Shown here: positions 33,464-42,753 of the stretch, in pieces | Position numbering within the stretch: position 1 is the first letter of the stretch | Layout of the letters: every line of letters begins with the position of its first letter | From: a virus | Virus record (IMG/VR): IMGVR_UViG_3300020172_001405 | Location: 1-64,000 of that record | Reading direction: 5' to 3' (one strand) | DNA: 64,000 nt | Translations under genes and position numbers: made by a program | The notes under the pieces: model-generated | Told to the model about the DNA's origin: nothing | What the model saw: only the letters and a program-made list of their open reading frames with translations | Database searches by the model: none

Positions 33464-33706
33464 TTATTCCTTATCTGTTTTCTTTACTAGTATAGTAAAG
33501 AGATCGTCTAATCTTTTTGATTGAGCTTCTTGACTTTTTTCTAAACGATTAACTGCATCCTTAACTGAGCTGCCCCCGTTTGGTTTTAATTCTGAAAAAT
33601 AATCGACAACAAGTTTTTTTACCATTCTACTGACTCGTAGCTCGAGTATGCCCAGAATTGTAAATGTTCCGATGACAGCGGTAAAAGCGAACTCAATATT
33701 AGACAT
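33464..33706 (-). CDS. Membrane-anchored coiled-coil protein (lysis-cassette type)
   Basis: N-terminal TM, ELKPNGGSSVKDAVNRLE. Confidence 0.65.
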   Translation of the reverse strand: MSNIEFAFTAVIGTFTILGILELRVSRMVKKLVVDYFSELKPNGGSSVKDAVNRLEKSQEAQSKRLDDLFTILVKKTDKE

Positions 33707-33779
33707 TAAGTTATCCTAAAAGTAAGGGACAGATGTACTGGCCTATCATGCAGTACACCGGTCAGTACGTCACACTAAA

Positions 33780-34943
33780 CTATGTAAGAACTACTAATTC
33801 TCTTCTAGGATCTACGCCGTCTCCGACAACCATAGACACGATTCCTGGAGCACTTTCTAGGCCAGACTTGTCTCTAAACCAGGCGGATCCGTTATCCATT
33901 GCGGGGTTTTGTACAAATAATCTAGGTCCAACGCTTTGTGCGTGGTAGTGGTGGTAGTGCCCAACATTTAAGATGTCAGCTTGCGCTACAGCGCATCGAC
34001 CCATAGCTTGGCCGCCCCACCATTTAATCATGTCACGAGCTTGATGGCCATGGGCCATGCCGTACATAATGCCACTTAGGTTTACAGCTATAGTCATGTC
34101 ATCTGCTGCGGGGTAACGGAACTCTACTCGATCTCGTAAGAAATCATTTTCTTTACAGATATCCTCAACTTGAGAAACTACTTCAATCTGCCAAGAGTCT
34201 TCTGGCCTGCCTAATAAAAATCTTTGTACTTCATCGTGGTTTCCAGGAACCACTGGAATTATAAGTTTTGGTGCTAAAGGCGCGAGCGCTTTAACTTGAG
34301 CTAATAACATTCTACGACCAACACGTACCTGCTCTGATACGCCGATATCGTGTCGTCCCATTACTTTACCTTTTTGACTTGTCATACCTTCTATACAGTC
34401 ACCTAATTGAGGTAAAGCTATCTGTCCTATTGAATACTTCTTTGCTAAGTATTTATGATGATCTACTGCAGAGTCAAACGACTTTAATACTCTATCTATA
34501 ATTGCTGGGGTATCGTCTTTTCCATATTGCGTATCACCTATGCTGTATACAGCTGTTAAATCTCCTGAAGCAGATACAACTTTACTTGGAGACCACTTAG
34601 TTATTCCTGTCAACAGCTGCTCTAAATCATAATCAGGTTTGGTGTTTACTCCTGAAGGAACTACATTAACTCTAAATGATTCTAACCAATCACCGTTAAA
34701 CGTTTGCCAACGTGATCTACGGTGAGAAACTACTACCCATTCTGCTGGATTTAATTTTGCCTCTATTAATATTTCTTCTGCGCCAGGAGTATTACCATCT
34801 GGTCTTGGTGTTGAGATAACAAAGCCGCCCTCTGTACCTATCTCAGAACGTGGTCTCCACGCCTCTGGAATATTTTTGTTGGCTTTATCTGAACCTTGAT
34901 TACCTGCTTGAATTATTGAATCATAATCATCTGCTAAAGACAT
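33780..34943 (-). CDS. Calcineurin-like metallophosphoesterase
   Basis: GDTQ, LGDCIE, GNHDE, HGH, GHYHH. Confidence 0.85.
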   Translation of the reverse strand: MSLADDYDSIIQAGNQGSDKANKNIPEAWRPRSEIGTEGGFVISTPRPDGNTPGAEEILIEAKLNPAEWVVVSHRRSRWQTFNGDWLESFRVNVVPSGVNTKPDYDLEQLLTGITKWSPSKVVSASGDLTAVYSIGDTQYGKDDTPAIIDRVLKSFDSAVDHHKYLAKKYSIGQIALPQLGDCIEGMTSQKGKVMGRHDIGVSEQVRVGRRMLLAQVKALAPLAPKLIIPVVPGNHDEVQRFLLGRPEDSWQIEVVSQVEDICKENDFLRDRVEFRYPAADDMTIAVNLSGIMYGMAHGHQARDMIKWWGGQAMGRCAVAQADILNVGHYHHYHAQSVGPRLFVQNPAMDNGSAWFRDKSGLESAPGIVSMVVGDGVDPRRELVVLT

Positions 34944-35167
34944 ACACAATCTCCTTGTCGGTGGTCACGAACAGCAGTCTTACCGAATGTTCCACCGGCA
35001 CGACGGAGTAACATAAATAAATCCTTAGTGCTTAGCTCATCATCTTCAATAGCTAAGTCTAGTGCCTTTTTATCTTCTTCAGAAAGGGATGAGGCCCATT
35101 GCCCAACGATGCATAGTTTTAATGCATTTAATGATTTAACTTCTGTATATAAATCTTGCAACGACAT
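34934..35167 (-). CDS. Small HTH-like protein paired with phosphoesterase
   Basis: C-terminal DHRQGDCVC; SD GGAGG. Confidence 0.6.
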   Translation of the reverse strand: MSLQDLYTEVKSLNALKLCIVGQWASSLSEEDKKALDLAIEDDELSTKDLFMLLRRAGGTFGKTAVRDHRQGDCVCL

Positions 35168-35194
35168 ATCTTCCTCCAAATTTAGTCCAATTGC

Positions 35195-35233
35195 AGTACT
35201 AGGCCCTAGAGGAGTCCTCTAAGACCTAGTACT
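35195..35233 (-). promoter_or_regulatory. 18-bp intergenic hairpin
   Basis: AGUACUAGGUCUUAGAGG/CCUCUAGGGCCUAGUACU, G-U pairs on the minus strand. Confidence 0.5.
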
Positions 35234-35246
35234 AGCATACAACGAA

Positions 35247-35615
35247 TTAGTAAGAAGTGCTAGCTCCATCGCTGAAGTTAGGGTTAGTGCGCATTGTTGC
35301 AGACTTGAAGATCCGACCATTAGCTTGAGTAAAACCAGCTTCAGGAGAGGTTTGCTTCATATAGTTAGAGCTAATCCGGTACTGAGCTCCATTACGGTTT
35401 GAATGAGACGCTGGGACGTTACTACGAGTACCCATAGGTTGTGCGTATGGATCTCCCGCCTGTGCGCCCTTTTTCTTAATAAGTGTGCCAGCCTGTGGTG
35501 ACGCAGAAGGAGAAGTAAACTTAACTCCATCTTTGTTCATAGGCTTACGTGGTGCGCCAGTCTTTGCCATTCCGGCTAAAGATTCCTCTGGGCTAGGATT
35601 TGATGATTTGGCCAT
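35247..35615 (-). CDS. Hypothetical basic protein
   Basis: ORF with SD AAGGA. Confidence 0.65.
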   Translation of the reverse strand: MAKSSNPSPEESLAGMAKTGAPRKPMNKDGVKFTSPSASPQAGTLIKKKGAQAGDPYAQPMGTRSNVPASHSNRNGAQYRISSNYMKQTSPEAGFTQANGRIFKSATMRTNPNFSDGASTSY

Positions 35616-35652
35616 ATCTACTTCCTTTAAGGTTGAGTTGAGATCTCAGAAA

Positions 35653-35934
35653 CTAGTTTACGCTAATTGTAAAAACTATGGCGCTAATCTGCCCGTCTCT
35701 TGAATCTACGGTAGTAAATCCTGGGCGGCAAGTTAGGTCAAGTCCTCTAGGAGCAACGTAACCCCTGGCAATAGCCATTGCTTTAACAGCTTGATTTACT
35801 GCAGAAGCCCCAACAGCGCGTAGTTTTACGGTTGGATTTTCATACAGGGCGTGGGCTATAGCTGACCCCACAGATTGAGCATTAGACCCTGCGCTTACAC
35901 GCAGGAACTTTTCTTCTTCGTTTTGATCTGTCAC
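35653..35934 (-). CDS. spoVS: Stage V sporulation protein S homologue
   Basis: LRVSAGSNAQSVGSAIAHAL...RAVGASAVNQAVKAMAIARGYVAPRGLDLTCRPGF. Confidence 0.92.
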   Translation of the reverse strand: MTDQNEEEKFLRVSAGSNAQSVGSAIAHALYENPTVKLRAVGASAVNQAVKAMAIARGYVAPRGLDLTCRPGFTTVDSRDGQISAIVFTISVN

Positions 35935-35983
35935 AAGTAGTGTTCCTTTGGTATCGATTAATAATCGCCCTCAAGAACAAGTA

Positions 35984-36568
35984 TTAAGGCTTTTCTCTAT
36001 ATTTGGGGTCTAAAACGTTATTTATTATCTGCTTTTCATAGGCTAAATCTGCCTCTCCGGCAGCTAACCTAGCTAGAGCATAAGAGTCTGCAGCGTTGTC
36101 ATCCATGAACTCTACCCCCCATTTCTTGTATACATTTAAGAGAATCTGGTTTTTTTGAACCCCAGTACCTTTACCGGTAACATACTTTTTAAGAACTGAT
36201 GGAGGGATAATTAATGGGTATTTAGCGTTATCTACATCATAAAACCAACACTTTAGCTCCAACTTAACCATACCGCCTAGTTCACCCGCCATATGAGCCA
36301 TTTGAGCTCCGTAGGAGTACCCCTCCATAGCAGCGCCCTTTACATTTATAACTCGATCTCCCAAAAAATTACCAACAAAAGCCTGTATAGAAGATAAACG
36401 CTCTACTCCACGTCCCTGTCCTTGAAACACCTCGGTGTAATAAGCTCCGTCTTTTGAATAAGCGGTTATAGCAAATCCACTATAAGACTGATCTATCCCA
36501 ATGTATTTATCGCACGGGTGGTCTAAAGGCAACCCACCGTCGATTACTTTAGGATTCTGTTTTGGCAC
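35984..36568 (-). CDS. ruvC: RuvC-like Holliday junction resolvase
   Basis: IGIDQS, AMEGYS, LKKYVTGKG, DNAADSYAL. Confidence 0.85.
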   Translation of the reverse strand: MPKQNPKVIDGGLPLDHPCDKYIGIDQSYSGFAITAYSKDGAYYTEVFQGQGRGVERLSSIQAFVGNFLGDRVINVKGAAMEGYSYGAQMAHMAGELGGMVKLELKCWFYDVDNAKYPLIIPPSVLKKYVTGKGTGVQKNQILLNVYKKWGVEFMDDNAADSYALARLAAGEADLAYEKQIINNVLDPKYREKP

Positions 36569-36869
36569 GACGCTCGCGTTCATCTATAACCATCTGCACT
36601 GTACCAAAGTATCCGGCACCGTCTACCAAGTTATCTCGCTTAGGTAGATAAGACTCTCGTGCTAACTTTACTCCGACCATACAGAGTCCGACTTGTTCAG
36701 GGGTGACTTCTCGCCCCAGTACAACAGACCAGATAGCAGCAATGCGGCTGAAATTGTCCAAAGGGTGGTCGTAACTAGAGTTACGGTCACCAGTGATAAG
36801 GCGCTGGGCTTCTTCAAGCACAGTCTCATGTCGTAAATTTTCTAGCACGGGATCTGAAGCCTCCTCCAT
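36549..36869 (-). CDS. DUF6378-like phage protein
   Basis: LEEAQRLITGDRNSSYDHPLDNFSRIA...KLARE...DNLVDGAGY. Confidence 0.75.
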   Translation of the reverse strand: MEEASDPVLENLRHETVLEEAQRLITGDRNSSYDHPLDNFSRIAAIWSVVLGREVTPEQVGLCMVGVKLARESYLPKRDNLVDGAGYFGTVQMVIDERERRAKTES

Positions 36870-37308
36870 CTGAAGTGCGTCGTGTAAGTTCTCGTGATAC
36901 AACTTGCGAATCTCTTTCAACATTTTCGGCCCTTGTCTCTAGTAGTTTACGAAATGCATACTTAATATCTAAATCATGCTTAAGCTTTTCAACTTCTGGG
37001 CTAATAGTAATGGTTGCTTTAGCAACAGCAACCCTGTCATTTTTTCCGCCCTGCCAATTATCAATCATGCACCTAGCTTCAATAGAGTCTACAGACCGTT
37101 CGGCCTCTCGCTCATTTATTATCGCTATTGCTCTAGCTCCAGATAGATGATCATTCCATTGAGTAAATTGAACAAAAAGATCCATAAGACCTTCGTCATC
37201 TAGCTCTGTTATATCTCTGGGCAAATTTGGTATTTCAAAATCTGGCTTTGCTGAAAGCGTTATCCCTAATTCAGACAACGATTCTAGGACTTTTCTACTA
37301 ATGCTCAT
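36826..37308 (-). CDS. Helical protein in recombination module (UvsY-like mediator possible)
   Basis: Coiled-coil, ends SRELTRR; context. Confidence 0.55.
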   Translation of the reverse strand: MSISRKVLESLSELGITLSAKPDFEIPNLPRDITELDDEGLMDLFVQFTQWNDHLSGARAIAIINEREAERSVDSIEARCMIDNWQGGKNDRVAVAKATITISPEVEKLKHDLDIKYAFRKLLETRAENVERDSQVVSRELTRRTSDGGGFRSRARKFTT

Positions 37309-38179
37309 TTGTCCCCCTAAATGGCTCACAACGTTTGCAGCCTTTTGTTGCGTCAATACTACACACTGGTGGCCTATTATTCTCTACGGCCCAGACTACG
37401 TCAAGTGCGTTGTCAAATATCTCTTTTACGAACTCAGGGTTATAGGTGACTGAAAACTCTTTATAGTCTTGATTTGACTTTAGCTCGTAAAGAAAAACTA
37501 TTTCATTTGGTGCGGACTCTAGTGTGCCCTCTTCAACCATAAGATGAGTTAAGTGTAGGTATACCTGTCCCTGTAGAATGTGGGATCTAAAAGGCTGCCT
37601 AATGTTTTTCCAAGCAGCGTCTAGATCAGCGCCGCCATTAAATAGCGCTGGCATCTCCATACGAATTGTTCCCGGGCCTACTGACTTAATCTCTATGAGA
37701 AAGTCTTCCCCGAGTCCCTTTACCCAACCATCAGAATGGCCTGAGATTCTGTGCTTTGGACTAGATAAAGGGACTTCTCGATACTCATAAATACCTGTGC
37801 CAAGGTTAACCTCGTTAGAGACACCCCACACATAATCATTATCAGTCTCGCAATACCATTTGCCATAAAGGACACCCATATCGTTTAGCCAACCCTGCCA
37901 CTTAGCGTGAACAGAATGGCCAACACTGAATATAGAACTAAGTCTAAGAGTAGGCTTCTCTCTAACCTCAACATAATTCCCATTTAATGCGTGATAGGCC
38001 GCAAGAGCGCACCACTCAGGCTTAATTATGTCAGAAGGGTGGAGCACATCCTGCGAACGCTCATCAAAAGGTTGAGCGAGCATATGACGCTCCATATAAC
38101 CCAATAAACGAGTCTCTCGCTTATTAGCATCTAAGAAAGCTTTGAGCTTCTTACTAGAGACTGTTTGAGATTTTGCCAC
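37298..38179 (-). CDS. Cas4-like PD-(D/E)XK exonuclease
   Basis: HPS..WC, GHSDG, IEIKS, QGQVY, C...CKRC. Confidence 0.85.
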   Translation of the reverse strand: MAKSQTVSSKKLKAFLDANKRETRLLGYMERHMLAQPFDERSQDVLHPSDIIKPEWCALAAYHALNGNYVEVREKPTLRLSSIFSVGHSVHAKWQGWLNDMGVLYGKWYCETDNDYVWGVSNEVNLGTGIYEYREVPLSSPKHRISGHSDGWVKGLGEDFLIEIKSVGPGTIRMEMPALFNGGADLDAAWKNIRQPFRSHILQGQVYLHLTHLMVEEGTLESAPNEIVFLYELKSNQDYKEFSVTYNPEFVKEIFDNALDVVWAVENNRPPVCSIDATKGCKRCEPFRGTNEH

Positions 38180-38494
38180 TTATTTTTCCTTTTCTAACCA
38201 TTCATCCAGGGTAAGGCCTTGTTTTTCATACTTACGTTTCATAGCATTACGTTCTCTGTGGGACATGCCCCCAAAGATTCCATGAAGTTCGTCGTTGTTT
38301 ACAGCTTCACGTAAACATTGCTTGCGAACAGGGCAGGCAGACTTACCGTCTTTGCCCCAACATATCGCCTTAGCTTTGTCTGCAATTGGCTTGTATAGTG
38401 CTTTGTCTCTTGGTGGAAAAAAGATTTCAGTGTCTTCGCCACGACACTTTGCATCATATCTCCAAGCCCAGGGAGGGTTTTCCCTGTTGTCCAA
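38180..38494 (-). CDS. whiB: WhiB-family transcription factor
   Basis: AKCRGEDTEIFFP...AKAIC...CPVRKQC...GIFGG. Confidence 0.9.
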   Translation of the reverse strand: MDNRENPPWAWRYDAKCRGEDTEIFFPPRDKALYKPIADKAKAICWGKDGKSACPVRKQCLREAVNNDELHGIFGGMSHRERNAMKRKYEKQGLTLDEWLEKEK

Positions 38495-38812
38495 TTATTC
38501 TCCTTGTAGTGAGTTTCGAAGTTCAAAAAAATCCTCCTCTCCAAGTATTACGTAGTTCTCCCCGTCAAGGTGTATACCAAGAATAGGTATACGTCCATCA
38601 AGAATAGCCTCCATAGTAATCTTTTTAAGAACATCTGATTTAACTGTGACCTGTTTTTTACCAGTCCACTTGTGCTCAATCAATAGCTCTTTGTTTCTTA
38701 CGTCACCTTTTCTAGACCAAAAAGCTCCAGAAGCAGCAGACACAGACCCACCAATTACTTTTGCAAGCCTATTCTCATGCTTGCGCGATTGTTTTTGACC
38801 CTCAGTCCTCAT
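38495..38812 (-). CDS. PD-(D/E)XK nuclease (Hjc-type resolvase-like)
   Basis: E...SGA...KGDV...LIEHK. Confidence 0.75.
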   Translation of the reverse strand: MRTEGQKQSRKHENRLAKVIGGSVSAASGAFWSRKGDVRNKELLIEHKWTGKKQVTVKSDVLKKITMEAILDGRIPILGIHLDGENYVILGEEDFFELRNSLQGE

Positions 38813-39854
38813 TGCCCACCATTAAAACCGGTTGAGACTTTAAAGTATCAAGAACAGCCTTGCTTAGTTCTTCACTAAGATCAATCTCTTCACGAAGAGA
38901 ATCAATCAAAGCTTGGGCTCCTTGCCACTTTCGATCACCGTAGTACATCCACCCTCCACGGCGTTCGATAATCCCGTTAAGGATTCCTAAAGCAACAATT
39001 TCCTTGCCCCTATCATACTCCCCTCCGGAGATAGCTCCCCCACCTGAGAAGTAGAAGTCCATATATGCGGTCTGTTGAGGAGGAAATGTCTTGTTCTTAA
39101 TAGTTCTTACTCGAATTGTCTGACCCACACGCTTCTTATCCTGGCCTGTGCCTACCTCTAGCCAGTCATCGCGCTTTACTTCGCAACGAATACTGTAGGC
39201 GTAGTCCTTGCCTAGACCACCAGGAGTCGTACGAGGATCGCCATGCATAACGCCAATCTTCATACGATACTGATTAATCATTAGTCCGAGTACTGGTCGT
39301 TCTTCTTCAACGAGGTCTCTCTTGGTAGCTGACGCCACTTTTCTAAAGAACTTATTGGTAATAAGTGCGCCACGACCCACAGTAAATTCTTCCATGTGTT
39401 TTTCATCTTCTGCGCTAGGGACAAGGGCAGGAAGAGAATCGACAACGACCATGTCCACAGCCTTGCTTTCCATAAACTGAATAACCGAATCAAATGCATC
39501 CTCCATACTATTAGTTTCTACTAAAAGAACTCTCTGTGTATCAACCCCACACATCTCTGCGTAGCCGGTATCAAACTGTTCTGCTGCAATCCATACAACG
39601 GTGAAGTCTGGGTTTAGCTTTTGGTTTGCCGCTATAGTCTTTAGAGCTATCGCGGTCTTACCGTGTGAAGCCTCACCAACAACCTCTACCCAGTGATTCA
39701 TTGGCCAACCCCCACCAAGAACAACATCTAGGGTTAAAGACCCGGTAGTAATTCTTTTAGGCACATGAACCTTGTCAGCAGTTACAACTGTGTGGTCCCC
39801 AAGCTTCTTATTAATTAAAGCTGCAATCTTTAGTACGTCCGAATTTAGAGCCAT
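38802..39854 (-). CDS. recA: RecA recombinase
   Basis: TGSLTLD, GEASHGKT, VVVDSL, INQYR, TPGG, KNKTFPP. Confidence 0.95.
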   Translation of the reverse strand: MALNSDVLKIAALINKKLGDHTVVTADKVHVPKRITTGSLTLDVVLGGGWPMNHWVEVVGEASHGKTAIALKTIAANQKLNPDFTVVWIAAEQFDTGYAEMCGVDTQRVLLVETNSMEDAFDSVIQFMESKAVDMVVVDSLPALVPSAEDEKHMEEFTVGRGALITNKFFRKVASATKRDLVEEERPVLGLMINQYRMKIGVMHGDPRTTPGGLGKDYAYSIRCEVKRDDWLEVGTGQDKKRVGQTIRVRTIKNKTFPPQQTAYMDFYFSGGGAISGGEYDRGKEIVALGILNGIIERRGGWMYYGDRKWQGAQALIDSLREEIDLSEELSKAVLDTLKSQPVLMVGNED

Positions 39855-40243
39855 TATTGAATCCTATCTACTATGACGTTTGGTTTAAAGCCTGATCCTT
39901 GATTAGGTTGTTTAGCTGGTATTGCTGCACCGCCGCTGGAACTAGTAGAGATTACTCCACTTCCGGCTTGTACCAAAGGATACCCACAATCATAGCAGCG
40001 CATCAAGTTGGTTCCTGGAGGCGACATATAGTTTCCTGAGTTACATCCTGGACAACGGGTACTTTGACGAGAACTTTGAGCTTTACTCATAGTTTGGTCG
40101 CTAGCTTGATCGTAAGTAACCTGTACGTTTGGACTTCCCGGCTGATGCGCGTACGGCAAGTTAACAGGAGGACTAGTTCGTGGAGTAGAACTAGTATTAG
40201 GTTGGGTGCTTAATTTCTTAGCCCACCAGTCATTATTCGTCAT
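39854..40243 (-). CDS. Zinc-ribbon hypothetical protein
   Basis: CPGCNSGNY...RCYDCGYP. Confidence 0.7.
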   Translation of the reverse strand: MTNNDWWAKKLSTQPNTSSTPRTSPPVNLPYAHQPGSPNVQVTYDQASDQTMSKAQSSRQSTRCPGCNSGNYMSPPGTNLMRCYDCGYPLVQAGSGVISTSSSGGAAIPAKQPNQGSGFKPNVIVDRIQ

Positions 40244-40676
40244 CGTTTGATACCACCTTTGTTTCTAGTAAACCGAGATTCATTAAAGTTGAGATACAGG
40301 ATACTGAAGACGACATAGATACTAATTTAAATAACCTAGTTAATTCTTCTAAAGCTTCTTCACTACCCGGAACAGCGCTATTAACAAGATCTGCTTCTAT
40401 AGAGTATGCTGCACAGGCAATTTGCGCTGCTATCTCAGCATGAGAATCTATAAAAGGAAGTAATGCGGAAAACTGTGAGATTCGCTCTTCACTCGCACGT
40501 ATTTCCATTTCTGATACCTCATCAGATATTGGTTCTAACCCCATCATTGTTGAGATCTTATCTGCAGAGTCAAAAATTGAATCATAAATTACTTGGCGAA
40601 TAAGTATAGGCATAGATACATTAACTACGTGATCTACAATGTCATACTTGTCTTTACGCTTTCTAAATGGCCACAT
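40233..40676 (-). CDS. Hypothetical protein
   Basis: TAATG coupling to polA. Confidence 0.7.
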   Translation of the reverse strand: MWPFRKRKDKYDIVDHVVNVSMPILIRQVIYDSIFDSADKISTMMGLEPISDEVSEMEIRASEERISQFSALLPFIDSHAEIAAQIACAAYSIEADLVNSAVPGSEEALEELTRLFKLVSMSSSVSCISTLMNLGLLETKVVSNDDE

Positions 40677-42655
40677 TACTTTGCCTCTCCCCAACGAGAC
40701 ACTATCTTAACATCTGCCAGCATAGGTATGCTGAGGGCGCGTATCTCCTCCATAGCTAGGCGGATCTGCTCTGCAGTCTCCTCAGCTAGGTAGTCTGGAG
40801 TAACAGTAACAAGCTCATCGTGAACGGTCAAAATTAGGCTTGCCTCATCCGGAATCATGGCGCTAGCTCGTACCATAGCTACCTTAATTAGATCTGCTGC
40901 AGAACCCTGAATCACGGTATTAAAAGCCTGTCGTTCAGCCCTAGACCGCTTCCACTGTTCTTTTGCACGAAGATCTGGCAAATAACGTCTACGCTTAAGC
41001 AGAGTGTTTACAAATGGGATAGGTGCTCTACGTCTGCTATCTGCAATCACCTGTCTTTTGTATCGATTAACTGCAGGAAACTTTGCAGAGAATGAGTCTA
41101 ACAACTCACGTGCTTCGGTAAGGCTACACCCAATTTCGGTAGCAATCTTATCTGGACCAACACCATACGCTAAAGAAAGAACTAATACCTTTCCTGCTTT
41201 ACGATCTACGCCCATTGTATTTCCAATAGTAGTGTAAATATCTTCTTTGTTTTGATACGCCTGTATCATGGTACGGTCGTGACTAAAAGACGCTATGATT
41301 CTAGGTTCTATTTGACTGTAATCAGCTACAACTAATTTATGTCCCTCTGGAGCAACAAAAAGATTGCGAATTGCTTTACCATTAGCAGTATGCGGAGCCG
41401 GCACATTCTGCAAATTCGGATTGCGACTCGAGAATCGGCCGGTCTCCGCACCATATTGAACAAAGTCTGTGTGAATACGCCCACGGTATAGAAGGCTTTC
41501 TTTTGCTACAAGCTTCTCTTTTCCTAACAAAGTTCTTGCTACGTCACCGCCAAGGTACGGCACTACATACGTCGTAAGAAGCTTATTCAATTCTGAGTAC
41601 TTAAGCAGGTTACCTACAAGAGCATCTTTTTCTCTAAACATATCTATGGCAGGCTCGGCTACTGAGTAGTCGTTTACTGTAGGGGTTAAGCCGCTGTCTA
41701 TTCTCTTTTGTCCCGCTGGAGTTGTTACCTTAGGCTTTAGTCCTCTACCCCCATCTTTTTTAGATGTAAATAGTAGTTGCTGTCGTTCTGGTACAGAGTT
41801 AATATTAAAAGCTCTGCCAGCTAAACCAAAGATAGTTGCTTTTGTTTTTTCTAATTGCTCGTCTAAATCATCTTTTAAGAGCGCTAGTTGCTCTACATCT
41901 ACATCTGCTCCGTGTAGTTCCATGTCGCAGATAACCTTTAGAACATCCATCTCTAGGCTAAATATTCCCCATAGACCGTCTTCTTTTAGGCGCTCCTCAT
42001 ACCGCTTGTAGAGTTTCCAAGTCCATTCAGCATCTAATCCAGCATAGGTAGCTACCTCATCAAAGGAGTGGTCTTCGATCTTTTTACCCACTCCCTTGAC
42101 CATATCAAAATCAAATTCTCTTTTTAAACAGTCATCTAATCCAAGATCAGTTCTGTCTTGACTGTTGATTACAAAAGCCGCATTCAAGGTGCAGAAAAAA
42201 GTAGGCTCTGGTCTTCCGCCCATGTACTTAGCCACGCTCTGTAGATCAAACTTTAGGTTATGGCCAACCTTTACCTTATCTCCCTTAAGTAAAGGCTTAA
42301 GTGCTTTAAATACTTCTCCACGAGTTAGCTGCTCAGGAGGCTCAGAAAATATCTTTGTTGCTTTTCGACCATCTTTACTGTAGTCATAGTCTGGTCGTAA
42401 TTCTAATCCCTGCTCCATACGAGCTAAGGCAGAAGGCAGTAATGGGTAGTCAGTTCGTATGTATTGGCCATTTGGGTGGCCCATAGGAATAACATCTACG
42501 CGATCGTGTGTTGCGAGAGCGATCCAAACTACGTCGTTCTGTCTTGGATCTCCTCTGTGAGGGCCCATTGTTTCTACGTCATATACGAACGCGTCAACTT
42601 TTTCATACGCGCTTACAACTTCATCTAACTGTTCTTTAGTTAATACGATCCTCAT
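40676..42655 (-). CDS. polA: Family A DNA polymerase with 3'-5' exonuclease
   Basis: ExoI DVET, GHNLKFD, TGRFSSRNPNLQN, motif A DYSQIEPR, motif B RKAGKVLVLSLAYG, motif C VHDE. Confidence 0.96.
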   Translation of the reverse strand: MRIVLTKEQLDEVVSAYEKVDAFVYDVETMGPHRGDPRQNDVVWIALATHDRVDVIPMGHPNGQYIRTDYPLLPSALARMEQGLELRPDYDYSKDGRKATKIFSEPPEQLTRGEVFKALKPLLKGDKVKVGHNLKFDLQSVAKYMGGRPEPTFFCTLNAAFVINSQDRTDLGLDDCLKREFDFDMVKGVGKKIEDHSFDEVATYAGLDAEWTWKLYKRYEERLKEDGLWGIFSLEMDVLKVICDMELHGADVDVEQLALLKDDLDEQLEKTKATIFGLAGRAFNINSVPERQQLLFTSKKDGGRGLKPKVTTPAGQKRIDSGLTPTVNDYSVAEPAIDMFREKDALVGNLLKYSELNKLLTTYVVPYLGGDVARTLLGKEKLVAKESLLYRGRIHTDFVQYGAETGRFSSRNPNLQNVPAPHTANGKAIRNLFVAPEGHKLVVADYSQIEPRIIASFSHDRTMIQAYQNKEDIYTTIGNTMGVDRKAGKVLVLSLAYGVGPDKIATEIGCSLTEARELLDSFSAKFPAVNRYKRQVIADSRRRAPIPFVNTLLKRRRYLPDLRAKEQWKRSRAERQAFNTVIQGSAADLIKVAMVRASAMIPDEASLILTVHDELVTVTPDYLAEETAEQIRLAMEEIRALSIPMLADVKIVSRWGEAK

Positions 42656-42672
42656 TATTGCTCCTTGTTAAA

Positions 42673-42741
42673 GCTAAGGGGCCTAGTAGAAGGGAGGGTT
42701 TGCTCGGAAAGGCATTAACGAGCAAATCTAGGCCCCTTAGC
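42673..42741 (-). promoter_or_regulatory. Bulged long hairpin in polA leader
   Basis: GCTAAGGGGCCTAG/CTAGGCCCCTTAGC plus TTTGCTCG/CGAGCAAA, just upstream of the polA SD. Confidence 0.6.
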
Positions 42742-42753
42742 ATGGTTGAGAGA

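Noticed and set aside
4798-33720. Shared late-promoter or leaderless motif upstream of ORFs at 4798, 5199, 27001, 31006, 33706
   Set aside because: Several lack an SD and have AT-rich hexamers 5-7 nt upstream, but no consistent consensus could be fixed by eye; needs motif discovery and TSS data
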